In this document: positions 18,898 to 29,076 of the stretch, one piece after another | Numbering within the stretch: the stretch's first letter is position 1 | Layout: the number at the start of each line of letters is the position of its first letter | NCBI GenBank assembly: GCA_000002435.2 | Contig: CM018793.1 | Length of the DNA stretch: 64,000 nt | Reading direction: 5' to 3' (one strand) | Source of the DNA: Giardia intestinalis | Taxonomy: Eukaryota | Position numbers and translations under genes: made by a program | The notes under the pieces: model-generated | The model's input: the letters and a program-made list of their open reading frames with translations, nothing else | What the model was told of the DNA's origin: nothing | Databases searched by the model: none

Positions 18898-21800
18898 TCA
18901 AAGTTTAACACGTCTTCTAGTCTCTCTGTTTGCTTGGAGCTTTAAAATACGCTTTCTTACAGTCTGCGGTTTGCGGTGCAATATCGTTGCCAACTCAGTT
19001 ATCTGTGCGCTACCTAGCCCGCCTTTTTTCTTTGAGTACTGAATGATCACATTGTCCTCTTCCTTAGAGAAATGCCCGGTCTTGAAAGACAGCAGTTTCC
19101 ACTGCTCAATTAATTGGGCGACAGTAAAGCTACACCCCAGATCTATCATCAAAGCACCCATCACATCCTCTAGAGCGATTCCCCTCTTCATTTCTTTCTC
19201 AGTACGATCCACTATTAATCGATTGATATCAGGAGTAAACCCATTGTCACAAAGAAGATCACATTGGTTGTAGTCTTTATCTGACTGTACTTCTTCAGTT
19301 GAATTGTGCAGTGCGCCACTTCCAAAACTAAGATTGTCGTTCTCGCTCTCATGGACGCTTAATACGGGTACTTGAGGTACAGAGGGATTAACTCTGACAG
19401 AAGACGATCGATGACATTGCTGAGCTTCTGCATAGTCCAGGCTGGCAGCAGAGATGTCTCCTATTATCTCCTCAAGAGCAGCATCTGTAATAAGATCCTT
19501 GTTAATGACAAGGGCATTCAGATCTTTTCTGTATGTAGCTCCAGCATGCCGGGCTCTAAGATCGTACGTAGAGCCAGTAGCGTGTTGATTAATCAAAATG
19601 TTGTCCAACTTCTCTGCTTCATACTTAAAGAATAGGCTCCTGTGGGCTGGAATCTTGGATCGTTTGAACAGGTTAGTAATGCTCTCTTCGGTAAGATAAG
19701 CTGGCTCACAAACAATATTCAAGATCTGGCCGGCCAGCTCTTTGAGTTTCTGATGAGATGGTATGCTGGAAGGCTTGTCCAGAAATGTCACTAGCACCAG
19801 GATAGACTCCAAATTGCCAAATACTGCAGATGTGTGACCGCTATCTTTCATGCCAGCCCGCGTAAATAACTCGAGCATTCTGAAAATGAGCGAATAGACT
19901 TCTTCCTGGCCCTCGCCAAACAAAGACTTTTCAAGCATGCTGTCGGTGAAGATCAACAGCCCATTGATAAATGCAGAGCTGGAAATTTGTCGCGCCATAA
20001 ACATTCCAAGAGTGCATACTTCTGTTTCAGTGCTATCTACGTCTCCTATAGCATTTAGATCAAACTGTGCCACTGGTTCACCGCCATCTGTATCGTCGGT
20101 GGACCCATCAAGGGTGAGAACCCTTCCAGTGACGCTCTTAGTAGCAAATCCAGCTGCTACTGAGAACGTCTGCTCAGCGGTTAGAGAGAGTGCTTCTAGC
20201 ATACTATGAAAACGATCTTCTGTAGCCAGGAGTTGAGCATAAGAACAGAGACAGCGCAGCTCGGCACCTTTTTGGGGCACCCATGTCTCTAGCATGTGGG
20301 ACAGCGTGTGCAAACAGCTAATACTCATACGCAATGGCCGGCTGACACTCTGCAGCACAGGCATGATCTTATATAGTTGATCATTTTCACTCCGCAACCG
20401 TTTGGCTAGGGCATCGGTAGCCAACTTTTGGGCTTGGAAAGGAAGGGTGCTCATCACTGTCGCATTATTCTTTTCTGCAGACAGAAGAGCTAGTCGCTTG
20501 CCAAGGGAGGATACCGGTGCAGTTCCAAGATGGTATACAAGTTCAGTAATCCAATAGAAGCACGACAGCCCCGTGTCCCGCACATACCAGTTGGTATGGT
20601 CATTGAACCCCGACAGTGCAGTGGAATGCCGCTGCAATCCGCCAAATACTGAGTTTAGTACACGAATGGACGAGTCCACATACTTAAATACTTTGTCATC
20701 TCGCAAGAGGTGCATCTTCTCAGTGTCTGAAAGGTTCAGGGTGCTAAATATTATGTAGGCAGCAGATTGGGCAGCGAGGACAAACACGCAACAGAACATT
20801 GCATTGTTGAACTGATGATCTGTCTCTACACTATGCTGCTTGGTGTACAGTAGTTGTCTAGAGAAGCCTTGCTGCATCCCTAAACCTACTTGGCAGATGG
20901 AAGAAATATGGTCCATACAGTATGTAACGAATGTAAGCAAGTGGCCATCTCTGCATATGGCCATGAGAATCTCTCCATGGAAGGGTGTGAATACAGAGGG
21001 TTGTGATAGATAAGGCCATGTCACTGGTATCTTATGCACCGGAATAGTTTTTGCAGACGTAAGTGCAGTTGAGCGTCCTCTTCTAGCTGAACCTTTTTCA
21101 GCATCGTCTGATGACGTGATGCTATCTATATCGCTGATGATGCTATTATCATCAGACAAGCCTGGAATCACATCTCCCGAACTTGCTACAGCCTTTAGTC
21201 GTGTAAACGTGTTCCCCAAGGGTCTTCTGGGAGTATTTTTCCTGCATAATAGATAGTAATCCCCAAGTGCCATGTCTGTTGCGCCTATGTGTGACAATTG
21301 ACCGGGTACTATGATGGATGGAGATGATGGAAGGGCAGATACGGACGCATAACGGCTCATTCTTATGTGCGTATCAGTAGAAGGTGCCATTATCGGAGGT
21401 TGCAAGGATACTGATCCATCTACTGAGGGTCTATTATTAAAAGGGGTTCTCTCTTGATTTAAAGAGGGCCCCGGAAGGGTGCCAACTATGTTTAGCTTGA
21501 CCCTGGGAACTTTCACTGCAGCAGGGGGTTCTATACGTCTGAATGCCAACGGTTGGGTCGTGTCTTTACTGATACTATATAGAGATTGAGTGTGAAGCAA
21601 AACGGTAAGAAGTCTGAGAAGAGGAGCAGCAAGCCCGGCCATAACGTCTGTGGAAACCAAATTAGTAAGAATGACTAGCAGCTGTGGCAGATTTCCAGCG
21701 ATGCAGAGAGTAAGCAAGGTTTTAAACATGTCATCCTCATGGCCTCTGAAGTTATTGAACAATGATCTGGACGAGTCCCCCTTATGTGATGCTCCTTTCT

Positions 21801-22623
21801 GCAAGGAAGCACCTACCAATGGCTGCACACGGATTGCCAAAAGATTCTCCAAGAAGAAGAGCAAGGAAATGACGTCGTCAAGCAAGGCTGCTCTTTCCTT
21901 TAATAAGCTGTACCGGTCTTCAGTGTACTTCTTATGCTGCAAGCTAGCTAAGTCTGTTAATCCAAGGTGCTCAGATTGGGGGGACGGGCTCTCAAATAAG
22001 GATGGAGAAGCAGAGTCCGAGGCAATAGCGTCTCCTAGGTCTGTGCGCCCAAGCTGCTGAGTTCCTTGGTCTATAATGATAGATATGTCAGATAGTTCAG
22101 TGGACCGGATCGCAGCATCTGCGACAGATTGTTCTAATTGGGCATCCTCCTGTGGTTCACTGTTGTCCATGGCAATCTGAGGATTTAGGTCACTTTGCAA
22201 AACAGGCCGACTACGCAATTCCTCGAATTGCTGGTCTAAAAGAATGAGGCTATCATTGTTCTCTTTGAGCTGTTGGACCATGTCCAAAAGGAACAGTAAA
22301 ATCCCGTCTATTATGTTTTCCGCTACACACGAGGCTCTCAGCACTACGAGACTATTGTGGACTTGTGGTGGCATCGGGCCTATGATTACAGCTGAATCGA
22401 ATCCCATTCGCAAGATATTAATAATCAACGCCTTAACTGTTCGGTCGCCCATTCTATCTGTCAAGTATCTGGCCATATATGCACAGAAGTCTAAGCTTAT
22501 CAGAGCAGTGGCTGGATGCTCATAGTTTGTGAGAAGCTTGCTCACTTTATGAAGGTAGCGTGCACATCGATCGGCGTCTGTGGCTGTCTTTGCTTTATGA
22601 AAGTAATTAGATATCTTTTCCAT
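18898..22623 (-). CDS. Hypothetical protein, 1241 aa, with a C-terminal Myb/SANT-like segment
   Basis: ATG (cat) at 22621-23. The C-terminus FSKEEDNVIIQYSKKKGGLGSAQITELATILHRKPQTVRKRILKLQ fits the Myb/SANT pattern (acidic EED, spaced aromatics, basic recognition-helix tail) with Trp positions substituted. Stop is 3 bp from the convergent upstream gene. Confidence 0.5.
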   Translation of the reverse strand: MEKISNYFHKAKTATDADRCARYLHKVSKLLTNYEHPATALISLDFCAYMARYLTDRMGDRTVKALIINILRMGFDSAVIIGPMPPQVHNSLVVLRASCVAENIIDGILLFLLDMVQQLKENNDSLILLDQQFEELRSRPVLQSDLNPQIAMDNSEPQEDAQLEQSVADAAIRSTELSDISIIIDQGTQQLGRTDLGDAIASDSASPSLFESPSPQSEHLGLTDLASLQHKKYTEDRYSLLKERAALLDDVISLLFFLENLLAIRVQPLVGASLQKGASHKGDSSRSLFNNFRGHEDDMFKTLLTLCIAGNLPQLLVILTNLVSTDVMAGLAAPLLRLLTVLLHTQSLYSISKDTTQPLAFRRIEPPAAVKVPRVKLNIVGTLPGPSLNQERTPFNNRPSVDGSVSLQPPIMAPSTDTHIRMSRYASVSALPSSPSIIVPGQLSHIGATDMALGDYYLLCRKNTPRRPLGNTFTRLKAVASSGDVIPGLSDDNSIISDIDSITSSDDAEKGSARRGRSTALTSAKTIPVHKIPVTWPYLSQPSVFTPFHGEILMAICRDGHLLTFVTYCMDHISSICQVGLGMQQGFSRQLLYTKQHSVETDHQFNNAMFCCVFVLAAQSAAYIIFSTLNLSDTEKMHLLRDDKVFKYVDSSIRVLNSVFGGLQRHSTALSGFNDHTNWYVRDTGLSCFYWITELVYHLGTAPVSSLGKRLALLSAEKNNATVMSTLPFQAQKLATDALAKRLRSENDQLYKIMPVLQSVSRPLRMSISCLHTLSHMLETWVPQKGAELRCLCSYAQLLATEDRFHSMLEALSLTAEQTFSVAAGFATKSVTGRVLTLDGSTDDTDGGEPVAQFDLNAIGDVDSTETEVCTLGMFMARQISSSAFINGLLIFTDSMLEKSLFGEGQEEVYSLIFRMLELFTRAGMKDSGHTSAVFGNLESILVLVTFLDKPSSIPSHQKLKELAGQILNIVCEPAYLTEESITNLFKRSKIPAHRSLFFKYEAEKLDNILINQHATGSTYDLRARHAGATYRKDLNALVINKDLITDAALEEIIGDISAASLDYAEAQQCHRSSSVRVNPSVPQVPVLSVHESENDNLSFGSGALHNSTEEVQSDKDYNQCDLLCDNGFTPDINRLIVDRTEKEMKRGIALEDVMGALMIDLGCSFTVAQLIEQWKLLSFKTGHFSKEEDNVIIQYSKKKGGLGSAQITELATILHRKPQTVRKRILKLQANRETRRRVKL

Positions 22624-22727
22624 AAGTAGCTTATCAAAGCTTTAAAGGTGCAATCGTACGTGTGAGGCAGCTTGGCTCACTGTCCAATTTTTGACTTATC
22701 GATACTTGCCAACGATTTTTTCAAAAA

Positions 22728-25163
22728 ATGGGTGCTGGTTGCAGCATGGGGCACAAATCCATTTACGAGCAGAACTTCTCCAGGTTTATGGACAGCTTCC
22801 GCACAAAGTATAAGGCCGAGGGCGGCCCCCTGACCAGAGAATTAACGCGAGGGGATGAGTTCTCCCGCCAAAACATCTTGCTATTCCAGCAAGCTCACAA
22901 TGAATCCGATCACGAGAGCTATGGGGGCATCCCTGGGGTTACCACTAAAGCTTCCTCTCCCATATTCCAGACCCCAAAGACGCAAGCAGATTATAGAGAA
23001 ATGATGTCACACTATGCCCGCCACCGGAGTAACAAAGCCCTTTTGGATCTAATAGTTATCACGCCTGTTTCACAGGAGTTTCTTATTTCCCTACTGGGTG
23101 CCCTTGAAACAACAGATGTGGCCGTCAGTCTTAACATTACACAGCAGAAGTTTGATATCATGGTAGTGAATGCTTTCTTGGCCATGTTATCAACTAATAA
23201 GTTTCTGGAGTGTCTTACCTTGAATAATTGCGGACTGACTGTCTCTTCATCTAAGGTTGTTGCGTCTGCGTTCAGGGCTATGGCAGTCAACCGTCTAGCT
23301 GCTTTATCTACTCGTAGCACTAAGTCTGCCCGCCGCCCTCTGGACGTCAGCCTACCCGAAATGCCCTTGATGACAACGTTGATGCCCTATACCGTCCATC
23401 CGTCGCTGAAATACCTTGACTTGTCATATAACCAGTTAAACGACGACGGAGTGATCCTGTTCATAGAGGCATTGCAGCACTGTAAGGAGATAGAGTACTT
23501 ATCCCTTGCGGCCACCGGGTGCCGAGACGGTGGGGTGACTGCACTGTGCGAGTACCTGCCCTATTTAAAACACCTAGCATATATAGACCTTTCTAAAAAT
23601 CCTGGAATAACATCGAGTTCTGTTAATACGTTTGTGCACGCATTTAAAACGAACCAAACCGTGCGACAATTGAATCTCCACATGTGTAATGTGGGAGAGA
23701 ACGGCCAATACCTAGTTAGTTATTATCTTAGTCGCAACCAGATCATGCGAGAAGCTCTTGATGACTTGATAGACAATGCACTAGCCCGTATAGACAACGT
23801 GCTGGATGGAGACAATACAAGAAGTAATATCACAAGTGCTGGGCATCCTCCTAGCAGTTTGCCAGATGAGCTTGTTATATACCAAGAAAAACCACAGATC
23901 TTTCAGGGCGCTAACCAGATTGCTCAGGAAAACATCCTTAGAAGGTTGCAAAACACCAAGGCGTCTATGCAGGATGTAATTCTTACAGAGATTTGCCGTA
24001 TCCTAGCTAACCCTCCTCCAAAGACATCTACTAGCTCACTAAAATCATGCAGCGAGCTTGGGCTGGGTGATCCTGAGCGGCCTCTTGATGCTGTGCTACA
24101 CGGATTCTCTATTTCTCAGTCAGAGACGATTGGAAGGCGTACCGAGATGGAGGATGTAACTATGATTATCAAGGACTTTGCATCGTACAGGAGGGGAAGG
24201 TCTTCATACAGAGGTGCGAAGTGCCATGAGTCAGGACACAAAGAAATATTACTGGGTATCTTCGATGGTCACGGAGGTACTGAGTGTTCCTCTATGGTGG
24301 GAGACCTCTTCCCAGTGGCCTTTGCAGATGCCCTCAATTCCGTCCTCTATGCTGCTCAGCTCAACCACGCCTATGATCTCCCAGACAGCGTCTGGGAGCC
24401 GCTCTTCGTCGGGGTCTTTCTCCGTCTAGATGATACTCTTCGCTTAAAGAACATACAGTCAGGATCAACCGCAGCTATATGCTTTATCCTTGACAATCTT
24501 GTTGTGTCAGCCAATTGTGGGGATTCGCGCACGGTCCTCACCCGTGACGAGGCCATGATTAAGTCGTTTGGTTGTGACTCTATGCTATATAAAGTAGAGG
24601 GGCCAACAAGAAGCTCGCGAATCAACGAAATATCCAGCGGATCTCTTCTTCAATTAGAGCAGTCCCAGACAGCGCAGCTTTCTGGCCATGCTATTATCAA
24701 CTCTGCTCGGTACTTTATGAATCCCGAAGAGACAAGTGAGGAAGCTCTTGTGTCTGCCAAGCGACGAGGAAAACGAGTTGAAGGCCTTTCACTACGCCTT
24801 AGTAAAGACCATAAACCCGATGACCCCACAGAGACACGTCGAATAGAAGCATCGGGGGGATACGTCCACGGAGGTCGTGTGATGGGGACATTGTCTGTTT
24901 GCCGATCCTTTGGAGATTTTGTGTACAAACCCTCCATTTCCGTTGTCCCCTTTGTCAGTGTTTATCACTTTCGTACCTATGATGCATGGATAGTGATAGC
25001 ATGCGATGGTTGCTGGGACTCAATCAGTGATATTGACGCAGCAATGCTTCTGTCTACCTGTCTATCATCACAAGCAGGGGCGCTTAAGCTACGTGACGAA
25101 GCATATCGGCTAAACAGTCAGGATAATATTTCTGTCATTACAGTTAGGCTGTATCTTGAATAG
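22728..25163 (+). CDS. Leucine-rich-repeat + PP2C-type Ser/Thr phosphatase (PHLPP/Cyr1-like architecture) with an N-terminal myristoylation/palmitoylation motif
   Basis: Starts MGAGCSMG (Gly2, Ser6, Cys5) after caaaaaATG. Residues about 150-330 are RNI-like LRRs (LECLTLNNCGLTVSS, LKYLDLSYNQLNDDGVILFIEAL, IEYLSLAATGCRDGGVTAL, LAYIDLSKNPGITSS, VRQLNLHMCNVGENG). The C-terminus carries the PP2C motifs GIFDGHGG, ANCGDSRTVL, SKDHKPDDPTETRRIEASGGYV, GTLSVCRSFGD, ACDGCWD and DNISVITVRL. Confidence 0.88.
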   Translation: MGAGCSMGHKSIYEQNFSRFMDSFRTKYKAEGGPLTRELTRGDEFSRQNILLFQQAHNESDHESYGGIPGVTTKASSPIFQTPKTQADYREMMSHYARHRSNKALLDLIVITPVSQEFLISLLGALETTDVAVSLNITQQKFDIMVVNAFLAMLSTNKFLECLTLNNCGLTVSSSKVVASAFRAMAVNRLAALSTRSTKSARRPLDVSLPEMPLMTTLMPYTVHPSLKYLDLSYNQLNDDGVILFIEALQHCKEIEYLSLAATGCRDGGVTALCEYLPYLKHLAYIDLSKNPGITSSSVNTFVHAFKTNQTVRQLNLHMCNVGENGQYLVSYYLSRNQIMREALDDLIDNALARIDNVLDGDNTRSNITSAGHPPSSLPDELVIYQEKPQIFQGANQIAQENILRRLQNTKASMQDVILTEICRILANPPPKTSTSSLKSCSELGLGDPERPLDAVLHGFSISQSETIGRRTEMEDVTMIIKDFASYRRGRSSYRGAKCHESGHKEILLGIFDGHGGTECSSMVGDLFPVAFADALNSVLYAAQLNHAYDLPDSVWEPLFVGVFLRLDDTLRLKNIQSGSTAAICFILDNLVVSANCGDSRTVLTRDEAMIKSFGCDSMLYKVEGPTRSSRINEISSGSLLQLEQSQTAQLSGHAIINSARYFMNPEETSEEALVSAKRRGKRVEGLSLRLSKDHKPDDPTETRRIEASGGYVHGGRVMGTLSVCRSFGDFVYKPSISVVPFVSVYHFRTYDAWIVIACDGCWDSISDIDAAMLLSTCLSSQAGALKLRDEAYRLNSQDNISVITVRLYLE

Positions 25164-25172
25164 GTAGTTGGT

Positions 25173-26171
25173 CTAAATACTAATTTCCTCTTTGGCATTG
25201 CCCTCACTTTGCATTGCCATTCTTGATTTAGCTTCGCGTATCTCTTTGTATGCACTTGCTAATATATCTTGCTCACTAACTTTCAAGCCGTCGGCGTCCA
25301 TTTCTAAGACCCCGAGGGCAAGATTTTTTCTTTCACAAACAGATTGCTTTGTAATATTTTTAAATTCTATTCCTGTTTGATCTGCAGCATCTATAAGCAA
25401 GAACAGCAGGAGAATGACATATTCTGGCACAGTATACTTATCTGGCACAACGCGGTCTTCAACGTATTTCATATGGTCATGAAGTTTCAGTAGCGCCCTT
25501 CTTTGCTCCCCGCTGAGTTGGAGCTGATCTCCAAGGAGAGGAATAAACTCGCATGTACTTTGCAGGGCGTTGGGCTGCACCTTTTCTTTGATATCCTTCA
25601 ACTGCCGGTCCAATGGAGAGACCTTGCCTCCGATTCGTCCACAGCCTTGGATCTCCTTTTGGAGACGCTGTCGGGCAGTGGTAGAAGACATTCCTAAGTA
25701 CATCGATCGACCAGTCTTCTCATTGCGTTTACGCTCCTCTTGTTCAGCCAGTTCCACAGCCAAAAGGAGACAACTAGCCGCGATGACAACAATACTCCTG
25801 CTTTTCAGAAGCGTCTCTTTGTTCATCTTGTACTCGTTGAATATAGTGAGCGCCATGTTGGCATACTCTGCGTTGATTTTGCAGCGAGCACTCAAGCGTC
25901 TTATTTCGGTACTTGCAGCCTGAATGGTAGTGTACGCAGATGTCCTTTTGTCACCTGTGATGAAGATTTGCCGTTGAAAATCTGTGTGCTGTCGACCTGC
26001 AACGTTTCTGGCCTCTGCAGATTCCGAATCTCGAAAATTGCGGAACCCGAGACCTTCGTCCACGATTGCATTGGCCCATGCTCCACAGCGTGAGCACACA
26101 TATCTACCGATATCTTCGATTCTCACAAGCATGTTTGGGTCTGCATTGCACACAGGGCAGGGATTATTCAT
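25173..26171 (-). CDS. Transcription initiation factor TFIIB (or closely related BRF-type factor)
   Basis: N-terminal zinc ribbon CPVCN...RYVCSRCG, followed by the B-reader/linker-like GFRNFRDSE and two cyclin-like repeats. The 332-aa length is typical of TFIIB. ATG (cat) at 26169-71. Confidence 0.7.
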   Translation of the reverse strand: MNNPCPVCNADPNMLVRIEDIGRYVCSRCGAWANAIVDEGLGFRNFRDSESAEARNVAGRQHTDFQRQIFITGDKRTSAYTTIQAASTEIRRLSARCKINAEYANMALTIFNEYKMNKETLLKSRSIVVIAASCLLLAVELAEQEERKRNEKTGRSMYLGMSSTTARQRLQKEIQGCGRIGGKVSPLDRQLKDIKEKVQPNALQSTCEFIPLLGDQLQLSGEQRRALLKLHDHMKYVEDRVVPDKYTVPEYVILLLFLLIDAADQTGIEFKNITKQSVCERKNLALGVLEMDADGLKVSEQDILASAYKEIREAKSRMAMQSEGNAKEEISI

Positions 26172-26189
26172 TAGAATAAATTTCTTTTG

Positions 26190-26438
26190 ATGAGAGACGT
26201 GACGATCATAACGGCGGAATTGACCCCTACGTTCTTTAAGAAAGTGCTAATGCTCAACCCAGACCTGGAGCGGCTGACAATTGGGCCCATCTCTAGCCTT
26301 TCCGAGAACCCGGACTTGGCATACCTTCCTCCTCGTCTACAAGAACTCAAACTTATTAATGTTCCCCCGCAGTTTACTGATGAAATCGTCAATCATATGA
26401 AACGAATGCACCCCCATATTAAGCTTATGCTTCTTTGA
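26190..26438 (+). CDS. Small ORF (82 aa) filling exactly the gap between two minus-strand genes; possible small protein
   Basis: ATG at 26190 (the track's TTG at 26187 is discounted). Stop at 26436-38 directly abuts the stop of the neighbouring minus-strand gene at 26439. Leu-rich sequence (LERLTIGPISSLSENPDLAYLPPRLQELKLINVPP). No other support. Confidence 0.3.
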   Translation: MRDVTIITAELTPTFFKKVLMLNPDLERLTIGPISSLSENPDLAYLPPRLQELKLINVPPQFTDEIVNHMKRMHPHIKLMLL

Positions 26439-27164
26439 CTAAAGTTTTTCTGCTGAAGGAGAGGCCATTAATAGAGCATAAACATAAGCAAAGCTGGTCT
26501 TGAAGATAGCCGATCGCACTCCTGCTCTGATATAGTCTGGCGTGTACTTATTGTCGAGCTTGGCCCTTACAAACTCTCCAGCTGCTGCAGATGCGAACGC
26601 CCACGTCGCAACATCCATAGTAGAGGGGTTAGACCCAGAATTGATCATAGCTGCCCGTTTTCTGCCTACATCGTAAACCAGGTCAGATGCTGTGCTCACC
26701 AATACATCGCTCATAAAGCGTTTCCAGTACTCAGGGGTGGTCATCGATGGTTTGTCCAGCCTTTCTAATTCTAACTTGGGCCGGGATCTGACAGCTTTGT
26801 CGACTATAGACGGGGTCCTTGACGGTTGCATACTTGGCTTTCCTGTGTGCAAAGGGTCGCCTAAGCTTCCGGTGAATGCCAAGTCTACGCATTGATCCAA
26901 GAGGTCTGACAGAACAAGTTTAGTCGCGGCTCTGAGAGGATACTGCATGATACCAGGGACAGTTGTACAGTCTGGCTCACTGAAGATGTTGCTGCAGATG
27001 CCTCGATTTATCGCTACTGACTTCACGCTTTTATATAAGTACGTCTTTTTAGGTTGCAATTCGCCTGGAGCAATCCCAGCAATGGTCAAGCGGGTACCTG
27101 AGATAGAGTCACGCAGTAGCGAGCTCGTTATACCAGCAGTAACGGCGGCGATAGAAGAACGCAT
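26439..27164 (-). CDS. Hypothetical protein, 241 aa
   Basis: ATG (cat) at 27162-64. Clean frame; no recognisable motif. Confidence 0.5.
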   Translation of the reverse strand: MRSSIAAVTAGITSSLLRDSISGTRLTIAGIAPGELQPKKTYLYKSVKSVAINRGICSNIFSEPDCTTVPGIMQYPLRAATKLVLSDLLDQCVDLAFTGSLGDPLHTGKPSMQPSRTPSIVDKAVRSRPKLELERLDKPSMTTPEYWKRFMSDVLVSTASDLVYDVGRKRAAMINSGSNPSTMDVATWAFASAAAGEFVRAKLDNKYTPDYIRAGVRSAIFKTSFAYVYALLMASPSAEKL

Positions 27165-27220
27165 AACCTTTTTTCGCTTGTGGACAGTTTTTTAAAAAAA
27201 GAAGCCCTCTCTCTCCACAA

Positions 27221-29038
27221 ATGGAGTCTAACAAGAATCTTCATAGCCAGACCATCGATGCATTGCTGGCTGTTTTGGTGTTATGGACACTCCTTTCTAA
27301 TGTCTATAAAAATTTAGTCCTGCCGTTTTTGGACAACTCCTCTATCACTAGCGCTTCCACAATGACTGAAAAGTTGGGAGTGTATCCCCTCTTTTTCATG
27401 TCCAACTGGCTTGATGACTTGTTTATTACTCTCTTCGGAGCAAGATTTTATTTAAAGCTCAAGCACCGTTGCAAATCCACTACTGCCCCTGTCATACTTC
27501 TTCTTGTACTCTTCCTAGACAGCTACCTTGTTTTCATCCCTTATTCGGTAATATTTCTTTCGTATGACATGCCTCAAGGAAGGGACATCGGGCTATTCGT
27601 TATAGCATGGCTCTACTTTGGCAACTTTATTCCTTTTGTTGGCTCTTACACTTATAACTTTGCATGGCTTCCAGCGTTGCTTTTTCAATGTCAGATTATA
27701 ATGACCCTTATCTACTATGTTTCTGCCGCTCGCGAAATCTCCTTGGTAAGCGTCCTTTTTGTCGCCATGGGTGTCTCTCTGTTTATTTATGTGACTCTAA
27801 GCGCAATTTGCTATTTCTCTCTCACCCTAACAATTGAGTTCTTCATGCCGGTGGTATTTCATAATCCTCTTGCTGTATTTCACAACTTTTCTCTTGGCTT
27901 TCTGATATCCTACATGACGGATGATAAACGGCATAGCTACCTTAAGATAAATTGTCACGGAAAGCCGAGTACCCATGGGCCAGGGAGGATGGATTGCTTT
28001 AACACTTCTATTCCGTTACCAAAGGAGTCTAAGAATATAGATGAGAACGACGCAGTACAGAAGCCCTCTGATGCTGTGCCAGTTTGTTCACCGTGTAACC
28101 CTGCGGCACAACCAGAACATCCAGTTGACCCTGCGGATTCACAAACCTTGGCTCTTCGTTTGTCCCCTGAACGCCAGCCCGGTGCAGCCGACCCTCCATC
28201 TCCCGGTAGAGATGAGCGTGTTGAGCAATCTACTAAGCAAAGAGTCAAGTTTTGTTGCCCACGCAAGCCACGTCATGTGGAATCTATGCTTTCTCAAATT
28301 AGTCCACGACCTGGGAATAACGAAAGTTGCGGAAGTGCTCGATTTGTCCAGTCTACAATGGATGCTGCATTTTGGCACCCAAGAGCCGCTAGATACCGTC
28401 AGCGGTGCAAGTTCCTCTGCGAGAAAGTCATCAAAGAAGAAAGTCAGTGGTTATCCACCAAGCTCTACTCTCTCATCTATAATCACCGCCGCTTCGGAGA
28501 CATGCTGGCGATTATCCTCATCATGACCATTTACGGCACGTTCACGGCAATAGGAACAGAGACGGGGCTTATTTACAACCAAGTACCAAATGAGACTTTA
28601 GGAACTTACCAGGATAGCCCCAATGTGGCAAGCTACGTTGTCCTTCTATTGGCACGTATAATGGTCCCTGTTATGTTCTCTACTGCCCTTTACTATATTA
28701 TGATTTCCTCTACGTACGCCCTAGAGTGGCTCATGCACCGTGTGTTTCTGACGTGGATTGGAAAGAGTGCTCTTCCGATTCTATACATACAACCAGTTAT
28801 CATAAGCTTAATAAGCAGCAACATAGGCGCAATAAAAATAGGACCCTATTCTATCTCAATTTTTCTTCTCTACCTTTTGGGCGGTGTATTTGTTTGTATA
28901 CTAATAGGCACGTGCACGAACACACTCATGGAGGAGCTTGTCAGAGCCGTGATGAGCAAGAGCTGGTCGTCCTTTGATCGATATAAAGCTTCTCTCATTG
29001 CAAAGAGATACAGAAGACAGCTGAACGGGGAGAGGTAG
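27221..29038 (+). CDS. Multi-pass membrane protein, 605 aa, with a large hydrophilic loop
   Basis: ATG at 27221. Several hydrophobic helices flank a Pro/Ser-rich hydrophilic insert (residues about 250-420). No family assignable by eye. Confidence 0.55.
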   Translation: MESNKNLHSQTIDALLAVLVLWTLLSNVYKNLVLPFLDNSSITSASTMTEKLGVYPLFFMSNWLDDLFITLFGARFYLKLKHRCKSTTAPVILLLVLFLDSYLVFIPYSVIFLSYDMPQGRDIGLFVIAWLYFGNFIPFVGSYTYNFAWLPALLFQCQIIMTLIYYVSAAREISLVSVLFVAMGVSLFIYVTLSAICYFSLTLTIEFFMPVVFHNPLAVFHNFSLGFLISYMTDDKRHSYLKINCHGKPSTHGPGRMDCFNTSIPLPKESKNIDENDAVQKPSDAVPVCSPCNPAAQPEHPVDPADSQTLALRLSPERQPGAADPPSPGRDERVEQSTKQRVKFCCPRKPRHVESMLSQISPRPGNNESCGSARFVQSTMDAAFWHPRAARYRQRCKFLCEKVIKEESQWLSTKLYSLIYNHRRFGDMLAIILIMTIYGTFTAIGTETGLIYNQVPNETLGTYQDSPNVASYVVLLLARIMVPVMFSTALYYIMISSTYALEWLMHRVFLTWIGKSALPILYIQPVIISLISSNIGAIKIGPYSISIFLLYLLGGVFVCILIGTCTNTLMEELVRAVMSKSWSSFDRYKASLIAKRYRRQLNGER

Positions 29039-29076
29039 TTGATGGCCTGCTGAGTACTGAGCCATACAAACGTCTC

